Assembly (NCBI RefSeq): GCF_024502345.1
Contig: NZ_JALDNN010000001.1
Reading direction: 5' to 3' (one strand)
Source: Escherichia coli
Lineage (GTDB): Bacteria; Pseudomonadota; Gammaproteobacteria; Enterobacterales; Enterobacteriaceae
Length of the DNA stretch: 64,000 nt
Shown here: positions 13,609-26,653 of the stretch, piece after piece
How the letters are laid out: every line of letters begins with the position of its first letter
How positions within the stretch are numbered: position 1 is the first letter of the stretch
The notes under the pieces: model-generated
Databases searched by the model: none
Seen by the model: the letters and a program-made list of their open reading frames with translations, nothing else
What the model was told of the DNA's origin: nothing
Program-made: the position numbers and the translations under genes

Positions 13609-14391
13609 ATGAAGAAGTCGATTCTCGCTCTGTCTTTGTTAGTCGGTCTCTCCGCAGCGGCTTCCAGCTATGCGGCGCTACCGGAGACGGTACGTATCGG
13701 AACCGATACCACCTATGCGCCGTTCTCGTCGAAAGATGCTAAAGGTGATTTTGTTGGCTTTGATATCGATCTCGGTAACGAGATGTGCAAACGGATGCAG
13801 GTGAAATGTACCTGGGTTGCCAGTGACTTTGACGCGCTGATCCCCTCACTGAAAGCGAAAAAAATCGACGCCATTATTTCGTCGCTTTCCATTACCGATA
13901 AACGTCAGCAGGAGATTGCCTTCTCCGACAAGCTGTACGCCGCAGATTCTCGTTTGATTGCTGCCAAAGGTTCACCGATTCAGCCAACGCTGGATTCACT
14001 GAAAGGTAAACATGTTGGTGTGCTGCAGGGATCAACCCAGGAAGCTTACGCTAACGAGACCTGGCGTAGCAAAGGCGTGGATGTGGTGGCCTATGCCAAC
14101 CAGGATTTGGTCTATTCCGATCTGGCTGCAGGACGTCTGGATGCTGCGTTACAAGATGAAGTTGCTGCCAGCGAAGGATTCCTCAAGCAACCTGCTGGTA
14201 AAGATTTCGCCTTTGCTGGCTCATCAGTAAAAGACAAAAAATACTTCGGTGATGGCACCGGTGTAGGGCTACGTAAAGATGATGCTGAACTGACGGCTGC
14301 CTTCAATAAGGCGCTTGGCGAGCTGCGTCAGGACGGCACCTACGACAAGATGGCGAAAAAGTATTTCGACTTTAATGTCTACGGTGACTGA
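13609..14391 (+). CDS. argT: lysine/arginine/ornithine periplasmic binding protein
   Basis: 260-aa ORF with a signal peptide; paralog of the downstream hisJ. Confidence 0.9.
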   Translation: MKKSILALSLLVGLSAAASSYAALPETVRIGTDTTYAPFSSKDAKGDFVGFDIDLGNEMCKRMQVKCTWVASDFDALIPSLKAKKIDAIISSLSITDKRQQEIAFSDKLYAADSRLIAAKGSPIQPTLDSLKGKHVGVLQGSTQEAYANETWRSKGVDVVAYANQDLVYSDLAAGRLDAALQDEVAASEGFLKQPAGKDFAFAGSSVKDKKYFGDGTGVGLRKDDAELTAAFNKALGELRQDGTYDKMAKKYFDFNVYGD

Positions 14392-14611
14392 TACGTCGCT
14401 GGGAAGTTGTACCTGATGGAATGATCATCATGGTGCACGCCAGGTTTGTTGCACTATCGTGGTGCATTGAAATGCATACTTAAGCATTTTTAATGAAAAA
14501 TAATACGTCTAACGGGGCGGGATATTTTGCCTTGATGGTCAATTTTATGGCACGATAAGTGTAACAAACCTGTAAATATTCCCTATAAAAAGACTGTCAG
14601 TTGAGGACATT

Positions 14612-15394
14612 ATGAAAAAACTGGTGCTATCGCTCTCTCTGGTTCTGGCCTTCTCCAGCGCAACTGCGGCGTTTGCTGCGATTCCGCAAAACATCCGCAT
14701 CGGTACCGACCCGACCTATGCGCCATTTGAATCAAAAAATTCACAAGGCGAACTGGTTGGCTTCGATATCGATCTGGCAAAGGAATTATGCAAACGCATC
14801 AATACGCAATGTACGTTTGTCGAAAATCCGCTGGATGCGTTAATCCCGTCCTTAAAAGCGAAGAAGATTGACGCCATCATGTCATCGCTTTCCATTACGG
14901 AAAAACGTCAGCAAGAAATAGCCTTCACCGACAAACTGTACGCTGCCGATTCTCGTTTGGTGGTGGCGAAAAATTCTGACATTCAGCCGACAGTCGAGTC
15001 GCTGAAAGGCAAACGGGTAGGCGTATTGCAGGGCACCACCCAGGAGACGTTCGGTAATGAACATTGGGCACCAAAAGGCATTGAAATCGTCTCGTATCAG
15101 GGGCAGGACAACATTTATTCTGACCTGACTGCCGGACGTATTGATGCCGCGTTCCAGGATGAGGTCGCTGCCAGCGAAGGTTTCCTCAAACAACCTGTCG
15201 GTAAAGATTACAAATTCGGTGGCCCGTCTGTTAAAGATGAAAAACTGTTTGGCGTAGGGACCGGCATGGGCCTGCGTAAAGAAGATAACGAACTGCGCGA
15301 AGCACTGAACAAAGCCTTTGCCGAAATGCGCGCTGACGGTACTTACGAGAAATTAGCGAAAAAGTACTTCGATTTTGATGTTTATGGTGGCTAA
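14612..15394 (+). CDS. hisJ: histidine periplasmic binding protein
   Basis: 260-aa ORF with a signal peptide; family-3 solute-binding protein; directly upstream of hisQMP. Confidence 0.9.
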   Translation: MKKLVLSLSLVLAFSSATAAFAAIPQNIRIGTDPTYAPFESKNSQGELVGFDIDLAKELCKRINTQCTFVENPLDALIPSLKAKKIDAIMSSLSITEKRQQEIAFTDKLYAADSRLVVAKNSDIQPTVESLKGKRVGVLQGTTQETFGNEHWAPKGIEIVSYQGQDNIYSDLTAGRIDAAFQDEVAASEGFLKQPVGKDYKFGGPSVKDEKLFGVGTGMGLRKEDNELREALNKAFAEMRADGTYEKLAKKYFDFDVYGG

Positions 15395-15418
15395 TCGCCA
15401 TCGGTGAAAGAAAGCCCG

Positions 15419-15442
15419 CTCCCTTCGGGTAACCGGAGGGAG
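15419..15442 (+). other. intercistronic stem-loop between hisJ and hisQ
   Basis: cucccuucgg/ccggagggag stem (two G-U pairs) capped by a GUAA (GNRA) tetraloop. Confidence 0.5.
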
Positions 15443-15483
15443 ACAAGAGGCGGTAATTCACCACACACGACAGGACAGGCAGC

Positions 15484-16170
15484 ATGTTGTATGGGTTTTC
15501 AGGTGTTATTTTACAGGGTGCGCTCGTCACGCTGGAGCTGGCTATCAGCTCTGTAGTGCTCGCTGTAATCATCGGTTTAATTGGCGCTGGCGGTAAGCTC
15601 TCGCAAAATCGGCTTTCGGGGCTGATTTTCGAAGGGTACACCACGCTGATTCGTGGCGTGCCGGACTTAGTGTTGATGCTGCTGATTTTCTACGGTTTGC
15701 AGATTGCGCTAAACACGGTGACGGAGGCGATGGGCGTCGGGCAGATTGATATCGATCCGATGGTCGCTGGTATTATCACTCTCGGTTTTATCTACGGTGC
15801 TTATTTTACCGAAACGTTCCGTGGTGCTTTTATGGCAGTGCCGAAAGGACATATAGAGGCGGCGACGGCGTTCGGTTTTACTCGTGGGCAAGTGTTTCGG
15901 CGGATCATGTTTCCGGCGATGATGCGTTACGCCCTGCCAGGCATTGGCAACAACTGGCAGGTGATCCTCAAATCTACCGCACTGGTTTCGTTACTCGGCC
16001 TGGAAGATGTGGTCAAAGCCACCCAACTGGCAGGCAAAAGTACCTGGGAACCGTTCTATTTCGCCATCGTCTGTGGCGTGATTTACCTGGTTTTCACCAC
16101 TGTTTCCAATGGTGTGCTGCTGTTCCTTGAGCGCCGCTACTCCGTGGGTGTGAAGAGGGCTGACCTGTGA
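15484..16170 (+). CDS. hisQ: histidine/LAO ABC transporter permease
   Basis: 228-aa membrane ORF; ABC permease EAA-type motif EAATAFGFTRGQ. Confidence 0.9.
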   Translation: MLYGFSGVILQGALVTLELAISSVVLAVIIGLIGAGGKLSQNRLSGLIFEGYTTLIRGVPDLVLMLLIFYGLQIALNTVTEAMGVGQIDIDPMVAGIITLGFIYGAYFTETFRGAFMAVPKGHIEAATAFGFTRGQVFRRIMFPAMMRYALPGIGNNWQVILKSTALVSLLGLEDVVKATQLAGKSTWEPFYFAIVCGVIYLVFTTVSNGVLLFLERRYSVGVKRADL

Positions 16171-16883
16171 TCGAAATCTTACATGAATACTGGAAACCGC
16201 TGCTGTGGACCGACGGTTATCGCTTTACTGGTGTGGCGATCACTCTGTGGCTGCTTATTTTGTCGGTAGTGATAGGCGGAGTCCTGGCGCTGTTTCTGGC
16301 GATTGGTCGTGTCTCCAGTAATAAATACATCCAGTTTCCAATCTGGTTATTTACCTATATTTTTCGCGGTACGCCGCTGTATGTTCAGTTGCTGGTGTTC
16401 TATTCCGGCATGTACACGCTTGAGATTGTTAAGGGAACCGAATTCCTTAACGCTTTCTTCCGCAGTGGCCTGAACTGTACCGTGCTGGCGCTGACGCTTA
16501 ACACCTGCGCTTACACTACCGAGATTTTTGCTGGGGCAATCCGTTCGGTTCCGCATGGGGAAATTGAAGCCGCCAGAGCCTATGGCTTCTCGACTTTTAA
16601 AATGTATCGTTGCATTATTTTGCCTTCTGCGCTGCGTATTGCGTTACCGGCATACAGCAACGAAGTGATCCTGATGCTGCACTCTACTGCGCTGGCGTTT
16701 ACGGCCACTGTGCCGGATCTGCTGAAAATAGCCCGCGATATTAACGCCGCCACGTATCAACCTTTTACCGCCTTCGGCATTGCCGCGGTGCTCTATTTAA
16801 TCATCTCTTATGTCCTGATCAGCCTCTTTCGCAGAGCGGAAAAACGCTGGTTGCAGCATGTGAAACCTTCTTCAACGCACTGA
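16167..16883 (+). CDS. hisM: histidine/LAO ABC transporter permease
   Basis: 238-aa membrane [15 protein letters not shown] motif; 4-nt overlap with hisQ. Confidence 0.9.
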   Translation: MIEILHEYWKPLLWTDGYRFTGVAITLWLLILSVVIGGVLALFLAIGRVSSNKYIQFPIWLFTYIFRGTPLYVQLLVFYSGMYTLEIVKGTEFLNAFFRSGLNCTVLALTLNTCAYTTEIFAGAIRSVPHGEIEAARAYGFSTFKMYRCIILPSALRIALPAYSNEVILMLHSTALAFTATVPDLLKIARDINAATYQPFTAFGIAAVLYLIISYVLISLFRRAEKRWLQHVKPSSTH

Positions 16884-16890
16884 GAATACG

Positions 16891-17664
16891 ATGTCCGAGA
16901 ATAAATTAAACGTTATCGATTTGCACAAACGCTACGGCGAACACGAAGTGCTGAAAGGGGTCTCACTACAAGCGAATGCCGGAGATGTAATAAGCATCAT
17001 CGGATCGTCGGGCTCGGGAAAAAGTACCTTTCTGCGCTGCATTAACTTCCTCGAAAAACCGAGCGAAGGATCGATCGTGGTCAATGGCCAGACGATCAAT
17101 CTGGTGCGCGACAAAGACGGTCAACTCAAAGTCGCCGATAAAAATCAACTGCGCTTACTGCGCACACGCCTGACGATGGTATTCCAGCACTTCAATCTCT
17201 GGAGCCATATGACGGTGCTGGAAAACGTCATGGAAGCGCCGATTCAGGTGTTGGGCCTGAGCAAGCAGGAAGCGCGCGAGCGGGCGGTGAAGTATCTGGC
17301 AAAAGTCGGGATAGACGAACGTGCACAGGGGAAATATCCGGTGCATCTTTCCGGCGGTCAGCAACAGCGTGTTTCTATCGCGCGGGCGCTGGCGATGGAA
17401 CCGGAAGTTTTACTGTTTGATGAACCTACCTCGGCGCTCGATCCTGAACTGGTAGGCGAAGTGCTGCGCATTATGCAGCAGCTGGCGGAAGAGGGAAAAA
17501 CCATGGTGGTAGTGACTCACGAAATGGGCTTTGCTCGTCATGTTTCTACTCACGTCATTTTCCTCCATCAGGGGAAAATAGAGGAAGAAGGCGCGCCGGA
17601 GCAGTTATTTGGCAACCCGCAAAGCCCTCGTCTGCAACAGTTCCTTAAAGGTTCGCTGAAATAA
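16891..17664 (+). CDS. hisP: histidine/LAO ABC transporter ATP-binding protein
   Basis: 257-aa ORF; Walker [13 protein letters not shown] signature LSGGQQQR, Walker [12 protein letters not shown]. Confidence 0.95.
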   Translation: MSENKLNVIDLHKRYGEHEVLKGVSLQANAGDVISIIGSSGSGKSTFLRCINFLEKPSEGSIVVNGQTINLVRDKDGQLKVADKNQLRLLRTRLTMVFQHFNLWSHMTVLENVMEAPIQVLGLSKQEARERAVKYLAKVGIDERAQGKYPVHLSGGQQQRVSIARALAMEPEVLLFDEPTSALDPELVGEVLRIMQQLAEEGKTMVVVTHEMGFARHVSTHVIFLHQGKIEEEGAPEQLFGNPQSPRLQQFLKGSLK

Positions 17665-17670
17665 TTGCCT

Positions 17671-17700
17671 CTCCGGTGGCTAACGCCGCCGGAGTATTTT
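17671..17700 (+). terminator. rho-independent terminator after hisP
   Basis: Stem ctccggtggc/gccgccggag followed by tatttt. Confidence 0.6.
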
Positions 17701-17860
17701 CAAGGGGAATTTGCGAGTCAGCTTCCGCTGAAATGTAAAAGTTGCAGTCCGCTAAAAATAGTTCTGAATTCGCTGTCCAAAGATAAAAACTGCCTGCTGC
17801 ATTGGGTGTTAATCGTGGTTATTGTCGCGTCATCTTAAATTTGAGGGGTGACGGAACGCC

Positions 17861-18751
17861 ATGACAATATCGACAACTTCCACGCCGCATGATGCGGTAT
17901 TTAAATCTTTTTTACGCCATCCAGACACCGCGCGGGATTTTATTGATATTCATCTTCCCGCGCCGCTGCGCAAACTGTGTGATTTAACGACGCTTAAACT
18001 GGAACCAAACAGTTTTATTGATGACGACCTGCGGCAATATTATTCCGACCTCTTGTGGTCTGTGAAAACGCAGGAGGGAGTGGGTTATATTTATGTAGTG
18101 ATAGAGCACCAAAGTAAGCCGGAAGAATTAATGGCTTTTCGCATGATGCGTTATTCCATTGCGGCAATGCAAAACCATCTTGATGCGGGCTATAAAGAGC
18201 TTCCATTGGTGATCCCGATGCTGTTTTATCATGGTTGCAGAAGTCCTTATCCTTATTCACTCTGCTGGCTTGATGAATTTGCCGAGCCTGCTATAGCCCG
18301 CAAAATATATTCATCAGCGTTTCCGTTGGTGGATATTACCGTGGTGCCGGATGACGAGATTATGCAACACCGCAAAATGGCGCTGTTGGAGTTAATTCAG
18401 AAACATATTCGTCAGCGCGATCTGTTGGGATTAGTCGACCAAATTGTTTCGCTGCTAGTTACAGGGAACACTAATGACAGACAGCTAAAAGCCCTGTTTA
18501 ATTACGTATTACAAACAGGGGATGCCCAGCGTTTTCGTGCATTTATTGGTGAGATAGCGGAACGCGCACCACAAGAAAAGGAGAAACTGATGACCATTGC
18601 TGACAGATTACGTGAAGAAGGCGCAATGCAGGGCAAACACGAAGAAGCCCTGCGTATTGCTCAGGAGATGCTGGATAGAGGTTTAGACAGAGAGTTAGTT
18701 ATGATGGTGACCCGACTTTCACCAGACGATCTTATCGCGCAAAGCCACTAA
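17861..18751 (+). CDS. rpnB: recombination-promoting nuclease RpnB (YhgA-like, PD-(D/E)XK family)
   Basis: 296-aa ORF; N-terminal FKSFL/HDAVFK YhgA-like signature; sits between hisP and yfcH as K-12 yfcI does. Confidence 0.8.
   Translation: MTISTTSTPHDAVFKSFLRHPDTARDFIDIHLPAPLRKLCDLTTLKLEPNSFIDDDLRQYYSDLLWSVKTQEGVGYIYVVIEHQSKPEELMAFRMMRYSIAAMQNHLDAGYKELPLVIPMLFYHGCRSPYPYSLCWLDEFAEPAIARKIYSSAFPLVDITVVPDDEIMQHRKMALLELIQKHIRQRDLLGLVDQIVSLLVTGNTNDRQLKALFNYVLQTGDAQRFRAFIGEIAERAPQEKEKLMTIADRLREEGAMQGKHEEALRIAQEMLDRGLDRELVMMVTRLSPDDLIAQSH
18590..18751 (+). CDS. candidate nested small protein: in-frame internal start in the rpnB 3' end (53 aa, identical to the RpnB C-terminal tail)
   Basis: Internal ATG at 18590 preceded by AAGGAG (18578-18583) with a 6-nt spacer; no expression evidence is available from sequence. 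Confidence 0.35.
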   Translation: MTIADRLREEGAMQGKHEEALRIAQEMLDRGLDRELVMMVTRLSPDDLIAQSH

Positions 18752-18798
18752 TCCTGTAACACCGGGAGTTAACTGGCGGATGTTTGCTGTAAACCACA

Positions 18799-19692
18799 TC
18801 AGCGAACGACATCCGCCAGCGCCTCTTCTAAATCGTACCAGCGAAACGCAAAACCCGCTTCTTCCAGCCGTTTAGGCAGCGCGCGTTGTCCACCTAATAC
18901 CAGTACTGAAGATTCGCCCATTAACAGTCGAATGGCGGTCGCGGGGACGCGCAAAATGGCCGGGCGATGCAGCGCATGACCGAGCGCATGGGCAAATTGT
19001 TCATTGCGTACCGGGTAGGGCGAAACCATATTAAATGGCCCGCGCAGCTCGTTATCCAGCAGCCAGAGAATACCGTTGACCATATCATCAATATGAATCC
19101 AGGCCAGATACTGCCGACCAGAGCCAATCGGCCCGCCCAGGCCAAGACGAAACGGCGGCAGCATTTTACCGAGAATACCGCCATCCGGTGCCAGCACTAC
19201 ACCGGTACGCAGCAGGCACACTCGCGTTTTGTCACTTTGCGCCCGGCAGGCAATTTCTTCCCAGCGGGCGCAGAGTTTATGGGTAAATTCGTTATGCGGC
19301 GGTTCCTCTTCGGTAACCACCACTTCACCTAAGTCGCCATAATAGCCCGTTGCCGAGCCGGAAATGAGTACCGACGGTGGCGTGTCGCTGGCATTAATCA
19401 AATCGACCAGTTTTTGCGTGATATTCCAGCGGCTTTGGCAGAGACGCTCTTTTTGCTCGTGAGTCCAGCGTTTATCAGCAATCGGTTCTCCGGCCAGGTT
19501 GATTACCGCATCAACGCCGTTGAGGTTGCTTTGATCGGCAAGCCCTTGCCATAGTGTCACCCGAGGGCCGAGAACGGAACTGGCTTTCTGCGGGTTACGC
19601 GTCACTACCGTGATTTGATGGCCCAACTCCAGCAAACGCGGGATTAAATGGCGACCAATTAATCCTGTCCCTCCGGTGATCACTATATTCAT
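18799..19692 (-). CDS. yfcH: epimerase-family protein (NAD(P)-binding Rossmann fold)
   Basis: 297-aa ORF; N-terminal GGTGLIG. Confidence 0.85.
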
Positions 19693-19712
19693 GCAGCCTC
19701 CCGATATGGCGG

Positions 19713-20075
19713 TTAACGCTGCCAGCTCAAGGTCATGGATACCGAATCGGCGTAGCGCAGCGCGTGTAGTTTATCGATCTCCACTTCAGCATACGTCACC
19801 CAGTGATGTTCACGTGCGATATCGAGCACATCCTGAGTTAATTTTTCCAGCAAAGAGAAACGGTTATTCTCTACATGCTGAATAATGTTTTTCGTTACGG
19901 TGCGATAATTCAGCGCATCGTTGATATCTTCGCTAGTGCGCGCTTTATCGGCGGGGTAGTGGATCGTCACATTGATAACAATATCCTGACGGTTGTTAAT
20001 TTCTTCTTCCTTAATTCCGATAAACGTACGCAAACGAAGGTTCTTTATACGAATAATAGCGGCAGGTTGTGCCAT
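19713..20075 (-). CDS. folX: dihydroneopterin triphosphate 2'-epimerase
   Basis: 120-aa ORF; FolB/FolX fold; synteny. Confidence 0.85.
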
Positions 20076-20131
20076 TGCAGGTTCTCCGTTGTTTTACTTA
20101 GGATGAAATAATACACGAGAACCTGTTTCTG

Positions 20132-21608
<1,477 letters not shown>

Positions 21609-21611
21609 TGA

Positions 21612-22166
21612 GTGATGAAACTGATGTTTGCATCGGACATTCATGGGTCGTTACCGGCGACGGAACGTGTTCTGGAGTTGTTTGCCCAAAGCGGTGCCCA
21701 GTGGCTGGTGATCCTTGGCGACGTGTTGAATCACGGCCCGCGTAATGCTTTACCGGAGGGTTACGCGCCAGCCAAAGTCGCTGAACGGCTTAATGAAGTG
21801 GCACATAAGGTTATCGCTGTGCGCGGCAACTGCGACAGCGAAGTGGATCAAATGCTGCTGCATTTCCCGATAACCGCGCCGTGGCAACAGGTATTACTGG
21901 AAAAACAACGTCTGTTTTTGACGCATGGTCATCTTTTTGGCCCGGAAAATCTACCTGCTTTAAACCAGAACGATGTGCTGGTGTACGGTCATACCCATCT
22001 GCCAGTGGCAGAACAGCGGGGGGAGATTTTCCACTTCAACCCCGGCTCGGTGAGTATTCCGAAAGGCGGTAATCCGGCGAGTTATGGCATGCTGGATAAT
22101 GACGTACTTAGTGTAATCGCACTCAATGATCAAAGTATCATTGCGCAGGTCGCGATTAATCCGTAA
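21612..22166 (+). CDS. yfcE: metallophosphoesterase (phosphodiesterase)
   Basis: 184-aa ORF; calcineurin-like motifs DIHG, GDVLNHGPRN, GHTH. Confidence 0.85.
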   Translation: MMKLMFASDIHGSLPATERVLELFAQSGAQWLVILGDVLNHGPRNALPEGYAPAKVAERLNEVAHKVIAVRGNCDSEVDQMLLHFPITAPWQQVLLEKQRLFLTHGHLFGPENLPALNQNDVLVYGHTHLPVAEQRGEIFHFNPGSVSIPKGGNPASYGMLDNDVLSVIALNDQSIIAQVAINP

Positions 22167-22223
22167 TTTACCCACAACTCAAAATGCGCCGTAAGAGCGC
22201 CAGAAAAAGAAGGTTTCCTGATA

Positions 22224-22766
22224 ATGGAACAGCGTCGTTTGGCAAGTACTGAATGGGTGGATATTGTCAATGAAGAGAACGAAGTCATTGCACAAGCCAG
22301 CCGGGAACAAATGCGGGCACAGTGTCTGCGTCATCGTGCAACTTACATCGTCGTGCATGATGGCATGGGCAAAATTCTGGTCCAGCGTCGTACCGAGACA
22401 AAAGACTTTTTACCCGGCATGTTAGATGCGACCGCAGGCGGTGTGGTTCAGGCCGATGAGCAACTGCTGGAATCCGCGCGTCGCGAAGCGGAAGAAGAGT
22501 TGGGCATTGCCGGTGTCCCCTTTGCCGAGCACGGGCAGTTCTATTTCGAAGATAAAAATTGCCGTGTCTGGGGCGCGTTGTTCAGCTGCGTCTCTCACGG
22601 TCCCTTCGCCCTACAGGAAGATGAAGTCAGTGAAGTTTGCTGGCTGACGCCGGAAGAAATCACCGCACGCTGCGATGAGTTCACTCCAGACTCGCTGAAA
22701 GCGCTGGCGTTGTGGATGAAGCGCAATGCCAAAAATGAAGCCGTAGAGACTGAAACGGCAGAATGA
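22224..22766 (+). CDS. yfcD: Nudix hydrolase
   Basis: 180-aa ORF; Nudix box [24 protein letters not shown]. Confidence 0.85.
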
Positions 22767-22770
22767 AAAA

Positions 22771-22790
22771 AGAGCCGCAATTGCGGCTCT
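22771..22790. terminator. bidirectional terminator hairpin between convergent yfcD and yfcC
   Basis: Perfect palindrome agagccgcaa/ttgcggctct flanked by an A run upstream and a T run downstream. Confidence 0.6.
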
Positions 22791-22798
22791 TAACATTT

Positions 22799-24319
22799 TT
22801 AGTGGTAGCCCATCAACTGAGCGCCGATCACTACGACGCTGGACATAATAAACAGCAGTCCAAGTAGGGTCGCGCCCACCTTCAGCCAGTTACGGAAGTC
22901 CACCCTGCACACACCGAGAGTTGCCATTAACGAAGCTGAGGTTGGGTAAATGATGTGACTGAAGCCATCACCAAACTGGAATGCCAGCACGGTAACCTGA
23001 CGGTTAACACCGACCAGATCGCCAAGCGGTGCCAGTAACGGCATGGTTAACGCCGCCTGACCAGAACCGGACGTCACGAAGAAATTAAATACCGCCTGGA
23101 AGAGCAACATAAACCAGGCCGCGACCGCGTTGTCCAGACCGCTAATGGCATTGGCAATGCTGTTGAGGATGGTATTTAACACGCTGGCATCACCCGCTTC
23201 ACCATTACCGACCAGCAGCAAAATCCCTTTGGCGAAACCCACCAGCAGGGCAGGGGCGATCATCATTCGCGCCCCTTCGGTAAAGGATGAAGCCATGGTA
23301 TTAACCGTCATGCCGTTAAGGCGGAAAACAACGCCGATGATGCCAATCACCAGACCCATGGTGAAGAACTGGCTGGCAATTTCTGGAATAAACCAGGCAT
23401 TAACGATCACGCCCCAAATCACCCAGACCATTACGGCGGTCAGGACAATCAATACCAGCCAGTCACCAAAGGTAAACGGACGTTGTTCAACATCCGCCTG
23501 CTTTTCACGAAAGAAGCGGTCGGACTCATGCACGCGTGACAGAAGAGGATTCTTTTTCACTCGTGAGGCGTACACCATGGTAAAGATCAGGCCAATCATA
23601 GTGGCGATAACCCACACCACGATGCGCAACCCGGAGCCAGAAAGCACCGGAACGCCGGCAATCCCCTGAGCAACGACCACACAAAACGGGTTCATCCACG
23701 AACTGGCAAAACCGATTTGCGTGGCAATATAGGTCACCAGGACGGTGGTAATACTGTCATAGCCCAGCCGGACCATTAGCGGTGCGATGATAATGGCAAA
23801 GGCGACGGCCTCTTCTCCCATACCAAATACCGCGCCGCCAAGTGAAAACAGAATAAACAGCGCAGGAATAAAGAGAATTTCATTCCCGCGGGTATGGCGA
23901 ATAAGCGCCAGGATACCGTTATCAATGGTTCCTGTACGCATCACAATGCCAAACGCGCCGCCAATCACCAGCATAAACATGATGATGCCAACAGCTGTCC
24001 CGTATTTCGATCCTGAGGTTAACCCTTCAAACGGGAAGTTCATCAGGCCCGGGCGTTCATCGCCCGTCGTGAACAGCTGTACGCGGTGATACTCAGGTTC
24101 GCCTGCTTCGTTAGTCAGAATGCGAAATGAGTGTGGATCTACGACTTTGCGTGTTTTTGTTTGACCATCAACCTGATACTGCACTTCCTGACTGTCAAAC
24201 ATCCCCACCGGAACTACCCAGGTGGCAAGGCTGGTTAAAATAGCAACAAAAAAGATAATCACCAACGTATCGGGCATTGCCCATCTTCTGGTTGGTTTAG
24301 ATTCAGTGATTGCGGACAT
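22799..24319 (-). CDS. yfcC: putative inner membrane transporter (YfcC family)
   Basis: 506 aa from the ATG at 24319 (MSAITESK); the track ORF extends to 24340; multi-pass membrane protein. Confidence 0.8.
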   Translation of the reverse strand: MSAITESKPTRRWAMPDTLVIIFFVAILTSLATWVVPVGMFDSQEVQYQVDGQTKTRKVVDPHSFRILTNEAGEPEYHRVQLFTTGDERPGLMNFPFEGLTSGSKYGTAVGIIMFMLVIGGAFGIVMRTGTIDNGILALIRHTRGNEILFIPALFILFSLGGAVFGMGEEAVAFAIIIAPLMVRLGYDSITTVLVTYIATQIGFASSWMNPFCVVVAQGIAGVPVLSGSGLRIVVWVIATMIGLIFTMVYASRVKKNPLLSRVHESDRFFREKQADVEQRPFTFGDWLVLIVLTAVMVWVIWGVIVNAWFIPEIASQFFTMGLVIGIIGVVFRLNGMTVNTMASSFTEGARMMIAPALLVGFAKGILLLVGNGEAGDASVLNTILNSIANAISGLDNAVAAWFMLLFQAVFNFFVTSGSGQAALTMPLLAPLGDLVGVNRQVTVLAFQFGDGFSHIIYPTSASLMATLGVCRVDFRNWLKVGATLLGLLFIMSSVVVIGAQLMGYH

Positions 24320-24439
24320 AGCGCAAATATTCCCTTGCACAAAACAAAGTGGTAAGTATGCAAAGTGAGATGGCGCAATTCATTGATGCAGCGCAGTTAA
24401 GCAAGATAATCAGAAAGGATTAATGCAGATTAAGAGAAT

Positions 24440-24468
24440 AAAAAACCGGAAATAGTGATTATTTCCGG
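24440..24468 (-). terminator. rho-independent terminator of pta
   Basis: Stem ccggaaata/tatttccgg with an A run on the + strand (T run on the - strand); a second perfect hairpin atccgcagc/gctgcggat lies at 24476-24498. Confidence 0.6.
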
Positions 24469-24508
24469 TTCAGATATCCGCAGCGCAAAGCTGCGGATGA
24501 TGACGAGA

Positions 24509-26653
24509 TTACTGCTGCTGTGCAGACTGAATCGCAGTCAGCGCGATGGTGTAGACGATATCGTCAACCAGTGCGCCACGGGACAGGTCGTTAACCGGCT
24601 TGCGCATACCCTGCAGCATCGGCCCGATGGAGATCAGGTCGGCAGAACGCTGTACCGCTTTGTAGGTGGTGTTACCGGTGTTCAGATCCGGGAAGATGAA
24701 CACGGTAGCGCGACCTGCAACCGGAGAGTTCGGCGCTTTGGATTTCGCAACGTCAGCCATTACCGCAGCGTCGTACTGCAGCGGACCGTCGATCATCAGG
24801 TCAGGACGTTTTTCCTGCGCCAGACGAGTTGCTTCGCGAACTTTTTCTACGTCGCTACCTGCACCAGAAGTACCGGTGGAGTAGGAGAGCATAGCAACGC
24901 GCGGTTCGATACCGAAGGCCGCAGCGGAATCAGCGGACTGAATCGCGATTTCTGCCAGCTGTTCAGCGGTCGGATCCGGGTTGATCGCACAGTCACCGTA
25001 AACGTAAACCTGTTCCGGCAGCAGCATGAAGAACACGGAAGATACCAGGGAGCTGCCCGGTGCAGTTTTGATCAGCTGCAGCGCCGGACGGATGGTGTTT
25101 GCGGTAGTGTGAACAGCACCGGAAACCAGACCATCAACTTCATCCTGTTCCAGCATCAGCGTACCGAGCACCACGTTGTCTTCCAGCTGTTCGCGGGCAA
25201 CGGTTTCGGTCATGCCTTTGTTCTTACGCAGTTCGACCAGACGACCAACATAGCTTTCGCGAACCACTTCTGGATCAACGATTTCAATCCCTGCACCCAG
25301 TTCTACACCCTGAGACGCTGCAACACGGTTGATCTCTGCCGGATTACCCAGCAGTACGCAAGTTGCGATACCACGTTCAGCACAGATAGCGGCTGCTTTA
25401 ACGGTACGCGGTTCGTCACCTTCCGGCAGTACGATACGTTTGCCCGCTTTGCGCGCAAGTTCAGTCAGCTGATAACGGAACGCAGGCGGAGACAGACGAC
25501 GGCTGCGCTCAGAAGTGGCAGTCAGAGATTCGATCCAGTCAGCGTTGATGTAGTTAGCAACGTATTCCTGAACTTTCTCGATACGTTCGTGATCGTCAAC
25601 CGGAACTTCCAGGTTGAAGCTCTGCAGGCTCAGAGAGGTCTGCCAGGTGTTGGTGTTCACCATAAATACCGGCAGGCCGGTAGCGAAAGCACGTTCGCAC
25701 AGTTTAGAAATGCGCGCGTCCATTTCGTAGCCGCCAGTCAGCAGCAGGGCACCGATTTCTACGCCGTTCATGGCTGCCAGGCAAGCGGCCACCAGCACGT
25801 CAGGACGGTCTGCGGAAGTCACCAGCAGAGAACCGGCACGGAAGTGCTCCAGCATGTGCGGAATGCTGCGTGCGCAGAAAGTGACGGATTTAACGCGGCG
25901 AGTATTGATGTCGCCTTCGTTGATGATGGTCGCATTCAGGTGGCGAGCCATATCGATCGCACGAGTCGCGATCAGGTCAAAGCTCCACGGCACAGCGCCG
26001 AGAACCGGCAGCGGGCTGGATTCTTGCAGCTTCGCCGGATCAACATTGTTTACTTTAGCTTTGGAAGAGTCGTCGAAAATCTCGGACAGATCCGGGCGAG
26101 TACGACCCTGTTCATCAACCGGTGCGTTCAGTTTGTTAACGATAACGCCGGTGATGTTGGTGTTTTTGGCACCGCCGAAGCTGTTGCGGGTCAGTTCGAT
26201 ACGCTCTTTCAGCTGTTCCGGGGTGTCAGTGCCCTGAGACATAACGAAGACGATTTCCGCATTCAGCGTTTTAGCGATTTCGTAGTTCAGAGACTGGGCA
26301 AACTGGTGCTTACGTGTCGGGACCAGACCTTCAACCAGAACGACTTCAGCGTCTTTGGTGTTAGCGTGGTAGTTTGCGACGATCTCTTCCATCAGCACAT
26401 CTTTCTGATTGCTGGAAAGCAGACCTTCAACGTAGCTCATTTTCAGCGGTTCAGCGGCCGTCGTGGTGGAAGAGTTCGCACGCACGATAGTCGTAGTCTG
26501 ATCGGGCGCATCGCCACCGGTACGCGGCTGAGCGATAGGTTTGAAAACGCTCAGACGAACGCCTTTGCGTTCCATTGCACGGATCACGCCAAGGCTGACG
26601 CTGGTCAGACCGACGCTGGTTCCGGTAGGGATCAGCATAATAATACGGGACAC
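24509..26653 (-). CDS. pta: phosphate acetyltransferase
   Basis: 714-aa ORF with GTG start ([16 protein letters not shown]); three-domain Pta architecture; downstream of ackA. Confidence 0.95.
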   Translation of the reverse strand: MSRIIMLIPTGTSVGLTSVSLGVIRAMERKGVRLSVFKPIAQPRTGGDAPDQTTTIVRANSSTTTAAEPLKMSYVEGLLSSNQKDVLMEEIVANYHANTKDAEVVLVEGLVPTRKHQFAQSLNYEIAKTLNAEIVFVMSQGTDTPEQLKERIELTRNSFGGAKNTNITGVIVNKLNAPVDEQGRTRPDLSEIFDDSSKAKVNNVDPAKLQESSPLPVLGAVPWSFDLIATRAIDMARHLNATIINEGDINTRRVKSVTFCARSIPHMLEHFRAGSLLVTSADRPDVLVAACLAAMNGVEIGALLLTGGYEMDARISKLCERAFATGLPVFMVNTNTWQTSLSLQSFNLEVPVDDHERIEKVQEYVANYINADWIESLTATSERSRRLSPPAFRYQLTELARKAGKRIVLPEGDEPRTVKAAAICAERGIATCVLLGNPAEINRVAASQGVELGAGIEIVDPEVVRESYVGRLVELRKNKGMTETVAREQLEDNVVLGTLMLEQDEVDGLVSGAVHTTANTIRPALQLIKTAPGSSLVSSVFFMLLPEQVYVYGDCAINPDPTAEQLAEIAIQSADSAAAFGIEPRVAMLSYSTGTSGAGSDVEKVREATRLAQEKRPDLMIDGPLQYDAAVMADVAKSKAPNSPVAGRATVFIFPDLNTGNTTYKAVQRSADLISIGPMLQGMRKPVNDLSRGALVDDIVYTIALTAIQSAQQQ

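Noticed and set aside
14540-14570. TGGCAC motif upstream of hisJ as a second sigma54 promoter
   Set aside because: The -24 element is present but the -12 position reads TGT rather than the near-invariant GC, so the match is incomplete; hisJ is more likely sigma70-driven.
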